DNA from: Octopus vulgaris
Lineage: Eukaryota
Assembly: GCA_951406725.2 (NCBI GenBank)
Contig: OX597840.1
Coordinates: forward strand, 39,494,001-39,558,000
DNA length: 64,000 nucleotides
Direction of reading: 5' to 3'
Both the position numbers and the translations under genes were made by a program. The first letter of the stretch is position 1. The number at the start of each line of letters is the position of its first letter. The notes beneath the pieces are model-generated. The model saw only the letters and a list, made by a program, of their open reading frames with translations. It searched no databases and was not told where the DNA came from. Positions 40,253 to 53,984 of the stretch are shown here, in pieces.

Positions 40253-40610
40253 TTGGGAATAAATCCAAATTTAGGAAAAAATCAGATTTAGATTAAATCC
40301 AATTTTATAGTAAAATATTATATAATATTATTAGAGACAAAACCACTATTTTGCAAAACAAACAAGGAAAGACTTAATCAATACATAAAATTTTAATAAA
40401 AAGTCAAAAAAACCGCCACTACAATTGTTTCTTGTCTTGAGACAATCTTCAGGTGGACTTCCAATAAGTCAGTTTCAAATTACTTCATAATTTGAAACTG
40501 ACTTAGATCCACCTAGATATATTGTAGTGGCGTTTTTGACTTTTATAAAATTTTATGTATTGATAAGTCTTTCCTTGTTTTTTTAAAATAGTGGTTTTCT
40601 CTAATATATT
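40250..40610. mobile_element. Penelope-like pseudo-LTR fold-back element in (TA)n
   Basis: 40330-40482 mirrors 40488-40605; central hairpin taagtcagtttcaaatta/taatttgaaactgactta; contains an HHR. Confidence 0.75.
40416..40456 (-). ncRNA. Minimal type-I hammerhead ribozyme motif
   Basis: CCAC-CUGAAGA-UUGUC UCAA GACAA-GAA-ACAAUUGU-A-GUGG: perfect core, 5-bp stem II, palindromic stem III, GUA triplet. Confidence 0.8.
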
Positions 40611-40740
40611 ATATATATATATATATAAGAGAGAGAGAGAGATAGATATAGATATAGATATATATATATATATATATATATATAGATACATATATATATA
40701 TTAATATGTATTATATATATATATACATATACATATATAT

Positions 40741-40772
<32 letters not shown>

Positions 40773-41058
40773 GTATATGTATATTTTTCCCATATAAAAT
40801 TAGTGTATATCTAAACACAAATACAGGTGACACTTAACAGCCGACTTTCATGCTAGAAGGTTGGGGCATATTTATTGCGGCATTTTTCTTGCATTTATTT
40901 ATAGACAGCATTTTGGCAACTGATCGGAAACGGCCGTAAGGTATGTTACCTCACCTATTTGTTATGTCATGCTTTGTATTTAAAAATAAGCTATAAATGT
41001 GGTCCAATCGATGTGTTTGTTAATCTGAGATTTTCTCCATTTTCTGATTTTTTGCATC

Positions 41059-41099
<41 letters not shown>

Positions 41100-41204
41100 A
41101 AAAAGAATATGGATGTACATATATATATATACACACATTGACACAGGCTTTTCTACAATTTACACTCTTTATCTCTATACACTTACATCAACATGTATTG
41201 TGTG

Positions 41205-41263
<59 letters not shown>

Positions 41264-41291
41264 GTTTAAATATTTGTTGTGCAAATATATA

Positions 41292-41566
41292 GTGGAGGCG
41301 CAATGGCCCAGAAGTTAGGGCAGTTTCGATTCCCACACCGGGCGTTGTGAGTGTTTATTGAGCGAAAACACCTAAAAAGCTCCACGAGGCTCCGGCAGAG
41401 GGGGTTGATCCCAGGTGTACTCTTTCACCACTCTTCCTCCCACTCTTTCTTCTGTTGGCCTGCTTGCTTAGCCAGCGGGGTGGCGTCATTCGAAGGCTAA
41501 AACAATGCGAACGCATTGTGATCAGCGATGTGTAACAACATCTGATGGTCTGGTCGGTCACGCGAT
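41292..41566 (+). mobile_element. SINE with family C head and a third, distinct tail
   Basis: C head (internally deleted), then ctgttggcctgcttgcttagccagcggggtggcg...ggtctggtcggtcacgcgat. Confidence 0.75.
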
Positions 41567-41568
41567 CG

Positions 41569-41640
<72 letters not shown>

Positions 41641-42597
41641 TATGTGGGGTTATTACAACTTATGCATTTCTATCGAAAGATTATTAGCATAGTACATCTT
41701 GTAATTTATTATGTAAATTATGCCATCTTATATAACATTATGTAATATTCTGTTTAAATAAATCACCGCTTTTTCACGCAATATGCACTTAGATAACTTC
41801 TCAGGTGATATGCTACATATGCAGAGAAAGAGAGCGAATTTTTATAAGACGTTGAGTTGCTACATCTCACGTACATTTCATCAATATTTATTGCATACTA
41901 TAACATATATAATTAAGAATTATTGCCAAATCATCAGAGATATACAATTTTAATCGGTAAAGCTTTTTTTTCATATAGAAATCTTTAGATGATCATGCAT
42001 ATTCTATAATCGGGAGAATTTCGGTGAGATTCATATCAATTTTGGTAATTATCCACCTCAGGCATCTTGCCACTTTATCTTAGATTTAATTGCTGCTTTC
42101 CAATATTAATGTGTTTTTTCGTCAGATCTTAAACTATAAATTCAATAGTATTAAGTTTTCAAATAATCCAAATGAACAAACTAGAACGCCCATCGAATTG
42201 TATATATACGTATATCAATTTTTAATAACATATGCGGAAGTTTAACAGCCCTGAATATTATTGAAGAAGAGAATTGCAAGAGCATATACATTACATTCCG
42301 ACTACTTCTGCTGCCATAAATGTGCTAATTGGCGAAATGCATAATTCAATTGGATGCCTCTACAAATGTAATGTCAAGAATAAAAATCTTTTTATCTCAC
42401 CGCCAAATGGTTTTCTTCCAAAAATTATTTAGATTTACAAACAGCGATTCAGTTTTAATTCCTTGTAGTCAATTCTCTATTTTTCTGTTTCGAATTTTGC
42501 AAACAAGACGACGGTGCTGAAAGAGGTATGCTTCTAAAGTATATGGTGCCGAGTTTAGTCCCACAAATGCAGTGTCCAATAACTGAAATTTAAAGGT

Positions 42598-42599
<2 letters not shown>

Positions 42600-42633
<34 letters not shown>

Positions 42634-42986
42634 GGCAGTTTGTCTGTGTGTGTTTCTGTGTGTCTGTTAGGTTGTACCCTCACCCTGACCATGGCTTTCA
42701 ACCGATTCTGATGAAACTTGACACACACATAGCTCAATGTCATAATTCAAAACTAACGCAGCGAAAATTTTGAAAAGTTCCCCCAGTTCTGGAAAAAATC
42801 GATAAATTCGACATGGGGTCGAGAATCAGAAACACAAACCACAGACTGTCTAGGGGACGCAACTCGACCGTTTTAACTCTCAAAAAATTTACCATAATTT
42901 TTTTTCCATTTTTTTGGCTATAACTCTAAAAATGCTTTATAGTTATTTCCCTTACAAACCCGAGCAACGCCGGGCGATACTGCTAG
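42600..42986 (+). mobile_element. Non-autonomous Helitron
   Basis: 3' hairpin cccgagcaacgccggg followed ~8 nt later by CTAG|T; the 5' end merges into (TA)n. Confidence 0.75.
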
Positions 42987-43021
42987 TATATATATATATA
43001 TATATATATATTCTCTCTTTT

Positions 43022-43213
43022 ACTCTTTTACCTGTTTCAGTCATTTGACTGCGGCCATGCTGGAGCACCGCCTTTAATCTAGCAACTCGACCACGGGACT
43101 TATTCTTTGTAAGTCTCTTTTTGCCGAACTGCTAAGTTACGGGGGACATAAACACACCAGCATCGGTTGTGAAGCGATGTTGGATGGGACAAACACAGAC
43201 ACACAAACATACA

Positions 43214-43251
<38 letters not shown>

Positions 43252-43412
43252 CGACGGGCTTTTTTCAGTTTCCGTCTACCAAATCCACTCACAAGACTTT
43301 GGTCGGCCCGAGGCTATAGTAGAAAACACTTGCCCAAGATGCCACGCAGTGGGACTGAACTCGGAACCATCTGGTTGGTAAACAAGCTACTTACCACACA
43401 GCCGCTCCTGCA

Positions 43413-43415
<3 letters not shown>
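43022..43415 (-). mobile_element. SINE family A, near full length
   Basis: Matches 2136-2530 with a short deletion. Confidence 0.9.
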
Positions 43416-43454
<39 letters not shown>

Positions 43455-43544
43455 AATACAAACATATGTGTATATACATTTGAATATATATGTATATATT
43501 GATGTATGTATATTCATATATATATATATATAAATATATATATA

Positions 43545-44829
43545 TTAATTTCTCAAGAATGAAGTTTGTAGTAAGGTATATGGTAAACTTGTAGCTGCTC
43601 ATTTTGCGCCAGTATTATATGTTGACCATCTTTATTTTTGTATTTTAAAGCTGACACATCTGTTTCTTTATTCTAACTCATTTTGAGCTTTATAAAGTAT
43701 TCGTAAACCGCTTTTAGCTATCTTTATTTAGAGATTGATAAGTCGGAAATTCGTACATTTTTGAAATATTTCTTTCTTAGGAAATACACCATCAGCGACA
43801 GCTCGGAATATTTATGGAGTATTTCATTCTAATGTTATTACTCAGCAGACAGTATCAAATTGGTTTGCAAAATTCCGTTCTGGTAACTTTGACTTCACAA
43901 AAGAACAACGCGGTCGACCAGAAACAAAAGTGGATAATGACGAACTGAAAGCCACCGTCGAGGCAGATCCATCTCAAAGTGCCCGTGAATTATTGTTGTT
44001 GTTTGGTGTTCGCAAGCAAATAATATTGTCTCATCTCCTTCAAATCGGCAAATGAAAAAGTTGGAAAAGTGGGTCCCAAATCAACTCAATCAAAATCAGA
44101 AACAGCAACGTTTGGAAGCCTGCATTAAGCTACTTTCTCATCACTAAAACTAATCATTTTTGAATCGAATTGTAACATGTATTTAGAAATGGATTCAATA
44201 CAACAACCGTAAGCGTTCAGTACAATGGTTGGACAAAGAGGAGCCACCAAAACATAGCCCCAAAAGCAAAATTCATCAAAAGAAGCTGATGGTGTGCGTT
44301 TGGTAGTCTTGCGCAGGTATAATCTATTATCATTTCATTAAACCTTGCTTATCAATCACAGCCAAATTATACTGCAGCCAATTAGATCAAATGATGCAGA
44401 AACTTATAAAAACACAGCCTAGATTAATCAACAGGTACACTCCTATTTTATTGCAAGACAATGCCAGACGACACATCGCAAAAATGTCATTAGCGAAACT
44501 ACAGGATTTGGAATTGGAATTTCACCATCATCCACCATACTAACCTGACCTTGCCCCCACTGACACCAAATTCTTCCAGAATTTGAATAACTTTGTAATA
44601 GAAAAAAAAATATTCCGACAATGCTGTAAGCAGGCGTTCCAAGATTTCATTCTATCTAAATTACCAGGCTTTTACAGTTCCAGGCTGGACAAGACAAGCT
44701 ACCGCTGAAATGGCAGAATTATATTGACAATATGGGTGCACACTTTGATGAATAAAACTATTCCTTATATTTAAAAATCATACACATACTTTTTTTTCTT
44801 TTCCACAAATTTCATACTTCACGACCTAA
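43545..44829 (+). mobile_element. Full-length decayed mariner (DD34D) transposon; transposase pseudogene ~43734-44755
   Basis: WFAKFRSG..RGRP, KWVP, RIVT, KKLMVCVW, LLQDNARRH, HPPY*PDLAPTD with many stops; degraded ~28-bp TIRs flanked by TA. Confidence 0.9.
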
Positions 44830-44858
44830 TATATATATATATCTGTTGACGGATACAT

Positions 44859-44927
<69 letters not shown>

Positions 44928-45035
44928 TTTGAAAATGATGCAATTCTAAATAAACATCTTTTAAAATTGCATTTTCAAACCTATTTTCCTATATAATTCC
45001 ACTCGTGCGGTACCCTACAACTCCACTTTGTTATG

Positions 45036-45101
<66 letters not shown>

Positions 45102-45261
45102 TACATATATATATATATACTGTATTGTTTACATGGTTTGATACCAGGACACCAAATTCTTGAAACAAGACGATAACATCGACCCCAGCGTTTCAATAAG
45201 TCAAAGGAGTGGAAGGTACGTAACACCTTGGTGGAAATTGAAATCAGAACGTAAAAATGGA

Positions 45262-45755
45262 CGAACTGATTGGCATTCGCGCCGGATGCTCCAACAGGAA
45301 CATTTCAGACCGTTTGTGAGATAATCTGAGGAGAATGCAGAAGATTCGTAAAACGTTGGATAAGTCTAATGTTGATTATGAAAGTACGGCGGTTCGGAAA
45401 CCTCACTCTGATCGTTCTGGTGAGATCCAGGCGATGACTGACAACGATCCCTCCAAGACAATCAGATCCATCCCCAGGGACATAAGAGTGTCTGAGTTTC
45501 TTATCCGACAGGTAGAAAATGAAAATATTCCCTTTTTTTTTCATAGAAGATGAGAAAGGGGCAATTTTTATCCCAAGCCATTCAGGACAAAACGAAATAC
45601 CGCACTACGAAGCTTTTCAACAAACTCAAGCATCCCCTCCATCCGAACACGATTTGGTTTTCCTCAGACGAGAAAAATTTGTGCCAGGGTCGGTTGGTGA
45701 AATCACAGAACAACTGTTGGCTTGCCGAGTCCCCAAAACACGTACCGAGATTAAT
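45262..45755 (+). pseudogene. Tc1/mariner-superfamily transposase N-terminal fragment (maT/DD37D-like)
   Basis: DNDPSKTIRSIPRDIRVSEFLIRQV (HTH-like) and KLFNKLKHP..IWFSSDEKNL..QNNCWLA (first catalytic D motif). Confidence 0.7.
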
Positions 45756-45785
45756 AAAAATCAATATATGTATATATATATATAT

Positions 45786-45988
45786 ATAAAGTTAATCCAA
45801 ACAAGAAAGCACAAAAAAACACAACAACGTGAGGACGTGGAACAAATATAGTATTATTGGACGCCCAGGAAAGCAGGAAAGAAGGAGGGGCTAACGTTTC
45901 GAGCGGAGCTCTTCGTCGGAAACATAGGAGAAGGAAAGACCCAGAGAAGGGAAGACGGAGGAAAAAAATCGCTAACGGTACACACGTG
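45786..45988 (-). mobile_element. Penelope-like terminal fragment with a variant HHR core
   Basis: Minus strand CCGACGA-a-gagc-tcc-gctc-GAAACGTT at 45893-45919; flanked by (TA)n/(CA)n. Confidence 0.55.
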
Positions 45989-46102
<114 letters not shown>

Positions 46103-46110
46103 TATATGTG

Positions 46111-46192
<82 letters not shown>

Positions 46193-46260
46193 TATATAGT
46201 ATATATATATTTATATGTACATATATATATATATGTATATATATATATATTTATATGTAC

Positions 46261-46291
<31 letters not shown>

Positions 46292-46299
46292 CATTTATA

Positions 46300-46369
<70 letters not shown>

Positions 46370-46469
46370 CATACATACATATATATATACAATAATAAAT
46401 CTTTGAACGAGGTATATATATATATATATATATATGTAAATATATAACTACATACATTCATACACACAT

Positions 46470-46662
46470 ACAGATGAACGAACTTCACGGCAGGAGGTGC
46501 AGATGAGGGCAGCTGCATCGAAATCTCTCATGCACCAAATGGCATTTGCTAAAAAGTATTCGTCAAGTAAAATCATGTAGCAACACCAAATGGCGGTGCC
46601 CCAGCATGTCCACAACTCGTGAGCTGAAACTAGATAAAATAAAATAAAAAAATAAAATAAAA
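46470..46662 (+). mobile_element. 3' end of a CR1/L2-group LINE
   Basis: [19 protein letters not shown] matches DEPTSRQETQMRAAASNSL of 35225..36037; tail ggcggtgccccagcatg...gctgaaac then (TAAAA)n. Confidence 0.8.
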
Positions 46663-47092
46663 TACATACAGACAGGCAGAGTGACAGACATACTTGGACA
46701 GGTGGGCGGACGGATAGATGCGGCATCATTAGACTTGGGGGTTCCTCATAGAGAGAGCACAATGCGAAAGAGTATACAAATATCAGTCTCTCTTATACAA
46801 GGTTAAAGATGTAACTTTACACTCTCCGTCGCTATATATTCTACGTTAATGGCTTTGTAAGTGAGAGGAACATCAACACACTGTATCTTCAGAACTCTCT
46901 TAATATATATGTGCGTATGTATATGTGTCTGTGTTTGTGTGTGTGCGTATATGTACGAATGCGTGGACGTGGGAGGTGTGCGGCGTTCTGTTTTATGTGT
47001 TCGTTCGTAGATGTATGTGGCTTTATATTATGTAAATATATGTACATATTTGAAATTTCAATGTGTATTTATGTATACATACGTTCATACAT

Positions 47093-47165
<73 letters not shown>

Positions 47166-47174
47166 GATAGATAG

Positions 47175-47234
<60 letters not shown>

Positions 47235-47266
47235 GAATATATATATTTGTATTCATAGTTATATAA

Positions 47267-47303
<37 letters not shown>

Positions 47304-48233
47304 TATATATATTTATTTATGTATTTATATACACCTATGTATACACATATATGTATATATATATATATAGATAGATAGATAGATATATACATATATATTC
47401 GCACACAGACACACTCACAGACTCACACACACACACACACACTTCATGTGTTTGTGTGTGTGTGAGTGTTTTGTATGCGTAGCTGTATGTTTATATTATA
47501 TTAATGTTTTGAAAAAATGCGATAATTGATAATTTTATTTATATTTTTATTTCCGATAAAACGTCTATTAAGATTTAAATGGAAATAGTTTATTGATTTA
47601 ATTAACTATGTAGATTTCCGGAAAGTTCCATAAAGTCGTTACATCAAAGCCTCTGTAGTCAATTCACCATAATTCCAGACATTGCCGTATATTGTTTGGT
47701 GTCGTCTGCTAATCAATGAGAAACCGGTGTTATCGTCTGTCTGGCGGACGTCAGGATGAAAGGCTCTGATATGAAAGACAAATATTATTCCGACAAAAAA
47801 TCCACCACCAAGAGAAGAAACTTGATCCATTCTATTCTTTTAATTCGACTTTGATGTCAGATAATTTAGTATTCATCAAGGTTTTATCTTATTTTTAATG
47901 ATGGAAATGGCTGCTTAGAGATATCTCACTCCTCCCACATTTTGAGATGGCTTGTTCGTCTTTTAGTTCCTGAAGCAAATATGTGATTATAATTTTCTAG
48001 AAGATTCCAAAAAAAGATGGCCAACAGAAGGCCATCGGATGGAATAAACCGTTACTTTACTAGCGGCCGAGGGAAATCATACAACCAAGTCCGTATTCTT
48101 CAAATAATTGCATTCAATAAATCAACCCTTTTGGGGACAAATAAATAAGTACCGGTTGAACACTGGGGTCGATCTGATTGATCGAGCCCTTCTCCGAAAG
48201 CTCTGGCCTTGTACTAAAATTTCAAGCCAACAT

Positions 48234-48797
48234 AAGGCTGCGAGCTGGCAGAAGCGTTAGCGCGCCGGGTGAAATGCTTAGCGGTATTTCGTCTGTCGCT
48301 ACGTTCTGAGTTCAAATTCCGCCGAGGTCGACTTTGCCTTTCATCCTTTCGGAGTCGATAAATTAAGTACCAGTTACGCACTGGGGTCGATATAATCGAC
48401 TTAATCCGTCTGTCTGTCCTTGTTTGTCCTCTCTGTGTTTAGCCCCTTGTGGGTAGTAAAGAAATAGGTATTTCGTCTGTCGTTAGGTTTTGAGTTCAAA
48501 TTCCGTCGAGGTCGACTTTGCCTTTCATTCTCTCGGGGTCGATTAAATAAGTACCTGTTACGCACTGGGATCGATATAATTGTTTTAATCAGTTTGTCTT
48601 TCCTTGTTTGTCCCCTGTGAGTCTAGCCCCTTGTGGGCAGTAAAGAAATAGGTATTTTGTTTGCTGTTACGTTCTGAGATCAAATTCCGCTAAGGTCGAC
48701 TTTTCCTTTCATCCTTTCGCGGTCGATTAATTAAGTACCAGTTGCGTACTGGGACCCTACTCCCCCAAAATTTCGGACCTTGTGCCTAGAGTAGAAA
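48234..48797 (+). mobile_element. SINE family B, trimeric body
   Basis: One head plus three ~180-bp units. Confidence 0.9.
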
Positions 48798-50329
48798 ACA
48801 AAATTTAAATCAACATGTTCCAAATATTACGGCAGTGGTCTGACAGAATCGTTAATCAGGCGGGCAAAAACCTTAATGACATTTTGTCCGCCAATACATT
48901 TTGAGTTCAAATTCCGCCAAAATCGACTACTTTCAATCTCCAAGTATTTTATTTTGTATAATTTATAACGCAGCAACCAATAAGATTTAATCGCAATAAA
49001 AATGCAAATTATTCTTCCTTCCTTAAATAATTCCTCCTAACTTTGTTTTTCGTTTTTAAGGTAACCCAATGCAGACTTCGATATTTAGTCAGGATCTAAA
49101 ATACAATTCAATCTTGCTCAACTTTGCTTTCCATTATTTACATAGTGTTCTAATAAATGGCTGTTAAATGATAGGCGTTAAATTTCAAGAGGAGAAGGAC
49201 CATGATTTAGTGTTTCGGGCGTTGCACTCTCGATCGGATTATTGTACATTCACTTTGGACTGGGTGAAGCGTTTAATTTTTTATTTGGCTATGCTCTGGT
49301 TTACTGGAAAAATCCATGGACCATTGATGATAAATAACAGGAGTATTTAATCGAATAACACCCTGTCCTTTGATATGTGTGATCTTGTCGATATGAGAAT
49401 CAATACGTCTATTATAGTATATTGTTATGGTTTTATATTTTAGCCACTTGTTCCTGAGGATAGAGCTGACCTATGTTCAATGACATTTCTTTTGTAATCG
49501 TCTCACTGTTTTCCTACGTTTACGGTTCCTGGCACCATATGCTCCTACGTAAGTCGGTATGGTTGATTTGGGGGATATTTGGCAGCTATTTCTAGCATAT
49601 CGAGCGACTACACAGACGCACCTCAGGTCATGAAATTCGAGGTAAATAAATGTTGTATCTTTCTTTTACATTACATATGATACATATATATCGAGTGCAG
49701 ATTGCATCGAGAAGCAGCTAAGGGACGTTATTATATTTTTGAACACCGAGTTGCTTCTCGATGCAATCTGCGATATATAATGGGTGCCGATAACCAAGTA
49801 GAGGATGTGTCGTCTCCTCTTGGGGTTAGGAATGGTAGTAACGTCGTTTTTACGGAAGAACCATGTTGAAGTGGTGACAAATATTACTTCTGTATACATA
49901 ATGTTTTTTGATTGAAAAATGAATAGAAATGGCTTTTCTGATAATCTTTCCACTTTAATAATTAGATGATTATAAGTTATTAGGTGTCTACAAATGTTGA
50001 TTCTGATGGGAGTTTATACCTTGCAAGCGATTTCCAAACTGATATATTCACTGTTTAAACAGGGAGTGTTTAATTACAAACATATATATAAAAATACCAA
50101 CACACACATACACACACCCACATATATACATATACGCATACATAAACACCTGTATATCCACACAGACATATACACGCATACACACGCACCCACACACAAA
50201 AACAACATAGGGCCGTACATATATATACACGTAGAGAATCAACAAACTCACATATACATGTATTCATTCACTTATATTCAGCTAAATATACTGAGACATA
50301 AATATGTATTTATATTATTAAAATGGTGA

Positions 50330-50740
50330 AGGACAGATGTCTTGCAAACAACTTGCCCATGCAAGTGCTACCAGTCAATAACTCCGCATACCGGAAGCCA
50401 GCAAGTGTATGGGGTCATCAGGGGAGATTGCGCGCCGTTTCGGGACCTACCTCTCAACGGCATCAATGCGCACCGGCCCCCACCTCACTGATATGAGACC
50501 CTGCTTGCTAGATCAACTGGTTATTAAATAAAGCTTACTATTTCTCTAGCCATTGCTCATCGTCTCTTTTTAATCAAATCTAGTGGCTAGCCTTCTCCAC
50601 TGCAGTTTGGATATCGGTCATGGTGGGATTGACTTTACGATGAGTTAGGCCTAACTTTAACAACAGTCATCTCACACTGTGTCCAACATACTCTCTATAT
50701 CCGACTTCGATTGGAAAATGTTCCAATTAAACATAAACGA
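50330..50740. mobile_element. Unclassified GC-richer insert (solo-LTR-like) between ~38-bp direct repeats
   Basis: agacataaa(t/c)atgtatttat...ttaaaatggtgaag at ~50294-50331 and ~50746-50782; internal AATAAA. Confidence 0.4.
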
Positions 50741-50801
50741 ATATTTAGACATAAACATGTATTTATTTTTAAAATGGTGAAGAAATGATAATAAATTAGT
50801 T

Positions 50802-50986
50802 CAGTGCTCCGTAACCATTATGCCACAGCACACTGGTGTGTCACGAGACGATGCTAGGTGTGCCTCAGTGTTACCTGAATATGATTTATTTCCCTATACT
50901 TTTTGCTATATATTCAGTTCAGGTGTGCAGCCGAATTTTGAGAAGAAAATAAGCGTAACGCAAGAGAAAATGGTTGCTTGGTATTG
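50802..50986. mobile_element. Decayed hAT-type MITE
   Basis: cagtgctccgtaaccat / atggttgcttggtattg imperfect TIR; subterminal gcacactggtgtg motifs. Confidence 0.45.
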
Positions 50987-51328
50987 ACTTAGAACAGAAA
51001 TAAAGAAATGGAAATTTTGGTATGGCCATTTTGGTATGAAATAGTTCCCTGAAGACCTGTTAATGACCAACTTACCTCGCAGCAAGTCTACTTACCAATA
51101 TGGTCACAAACTTGAGCATGCATTTAGTTTTCTTAAACAGTGTATATACTCATATATACACAAATATACACGCACGCACACGAATATACACACACACGCA
51201 CAAACATACGCACGCACTTGCACTTGCTCACACACAACACACAAAATCATACATACATATATATATATAAATACCAGCATACATATTTAGACACACACAG
51301 ATACACACACACTTATATATGTATGTAA

Positions 51329-51404
<76 letters not shown>

Positions 51405-51841
51405 TATGATGTATGGATGTGTCTTTATACGTATGCATCTCTGGTAGTCTTTCTCAGAGAGAGATAAAGGGAAATATTAAAAATTTTGTTCAAGTGGTGT
51501 AATATCATTTAATAAATAGAAATCAATAAAAAAAAAATAATAAATAATTGAAACAGAAAATTATAAAAATAAATGAATAGAATACAAAAATAACTCATAA
51601 ATTATTCAAAAACCGAAGCGATCAACTTGTTGGCGATGGGGATTATGGAGAACAAAATGGAAAAGGAGAAACGAAAAACAAATTTAGTGAATATATTTTT
51701 GACAGTAGAATATAACAGTTGCGGAGAAATATACAAAGTAGTTGTATAGAGAATATCAACATAGAAATACACACATACATACATATAATATACTGATATA
51801 GAGAGAGACAGACAGACAGACAGATATATATATATATATAT

Positions 51842-51894
<53 letters not shown>

Positions 51895-52016
51895 AAGATA
51901 GGTAACGACAGAGAAAGAGAGAGAGAGAGAGAGTGGTACAGAGGGAGAGATAGAGGTATAGAGTTTATTTTACAGTCATATAAATTTATATTAATACATG
52001 TATTTAAATATGTGTA

Positions 52017-52064
<48 letters not shown>

Positions 52065-52228
52065 TATAAACAAATGCATAAAAACAATATATATATATAT
52101 TTAAATATATTTATTTGCATCTATATAGACATAAATCTATGTATATATAAATTCATACATACCTACATATAAACAAATGTTTCTCTCTCTCTCTCTCTCA
52201 CTACACACACACACACACACACACACAT

Positions 52229-52263
<35 letters not shown>

Positions 52264-52383
52264 GCGAGAGGGAGAGAGAGAAATATATTGCATGTACATA
52301 TATGTATATACATACACGTACACACATACATACACATTTATACAGAGAGAGGGAGACAAAGAAAGAGGTAGAGAGTGAGAGAG

Positions 52384-52423
<40 letters not shown>

Positions 52424-52694
52424 AGAGAGTCAGAGACAGACATTGTGCAAGTGAGTATGGTGAACCGAGGACAGTGTTTTAGAAGTACATTTTCTCTTTT
52501 GGCTGCAGTGCACAGATTAACAACGAAAGAGCTGTGTGTCCTACAAAAAGTTTGTAAAGTCTCTGACACTAATGTGACACCGATCATTTCTGTTGGCAGA
52601 TATCATGTCAGCAGACAAAATCATTCTTTCAAATGTAATAACGCAGTAACGTAATTTATTCTCCTTAACAAAAAAACATGTCAAAAGAGAGAAC

Positions 52695-52761
<67 letters not shown>

Positions 52762-52835
52762 TATATATGTCTGTGTGTACATACATACATATATATATAT
52801 ATATAAATATAAATATATACATATATATATGAATG

Positions 52836-52866
<31 letters not shown>

Positions 52867-52931
52867 GTTTGTGTATATGTCATTGTGTATACATATATAT
52901 ATATATGTATACATTCATATATATAAATAGA

Positions 52932-53015
<84 letters not shown>

Positions 53016-53859
53016 TATATATAAGGTAGCTAGAATGTTGGTGAAACGAGGATGTGTTGGTGAAAAGTAAAACTGTATATGTATGACATCATATGACCAA
53101 ATTGTGCCTAGGTTAACGAAACGCTGGGTAGAGTGGTATGAGATTGAAATCGAAGAAAAAATGTTTTCAGCAAAACAAAATTTATATTATGGCAATATGG
53201 TAATCGTAAAAGGTATACATACCTTTTCAATGCAGGTAAGGTATACTCTTTGACTTATTTCAGTCATTTGACTGCGACCATGCTCTATAATTTTACCCCC
53301 TGTTCTGTCGACACCAAGATAACTTTCCAAGCATTGGGCAGCATCACTGTCTTCACGGACCATGTGAATACTTCAAATAATACTCTTCTGTTCATCGGAA
53401 TGCGAATGACGAAGACTTCTCGGTATTTATTTTCAGCATTTCTTATTCTCTCTGTTTTGTGACGATAGTAGAGTCGACCACTCCGAGCATCATAATGCTT
53501 AGAGAGCCTACATAGTTTACCTTTTCGTTTTTCGACGTATGATGTCCATATTTGTTGTTGATAACATAATTAAATATAAAATCAAAGCTGTTAGCAGTGT
53601 CTTGTGTATTAAAAGTAGCCATCTTTCTATGCTTCTTTCAAATTTCTTCAGCTTTAAGTAACTAAGTGGGTGGAATCTCCAATAAATGAAAGTTGTGTCT
53701 TTCTTTTTCATTTATAAATGTACATTACGCATACACACACGTAATAAACCTCTACACATACGTTTAATGGGCTCACCCATTATCTCTCTTGATGAAAATT
53801 TTTATCATTAATTATACGTTTTTGTAAATATATATGTAAGTTACAGAAGAAAAATGAGG

Positions 53860-53939
53860 AGGAAGGCCAAAAGCTCGCTCGATCTCGATTTTCAGTACGA
53901 ATACGGACCGCGAAAGTGTAGCCCATCGATCCTTTCCGA
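53860..53939 (+). pseudogene. ~80-nt 28S rRNA fragment
   Basis: caaaagctcgctcgatctcgattttcagtacgaatacggaccgcgaaag closely matches my recollection of the conserved eukaryotic LSU segment CAAAAGCTCGCTTGATCTTGATTTTCAGTACGAATACAGACCGTGAAAG. Confidence 0.8.
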
Positions 53940-53984
53940 TGTAAGTTACAGAAGAAAAATGAGGAGGAAGGGGAGGAGGAGGAT

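Noticed and set aside
50410-50450. Circularly permuted hammerhead on the minus strand (GAAAC...CTGATGA)
   Set aside because: Flanks (ccc / cccc) cannot form stem II, and stems I and III are not convincing
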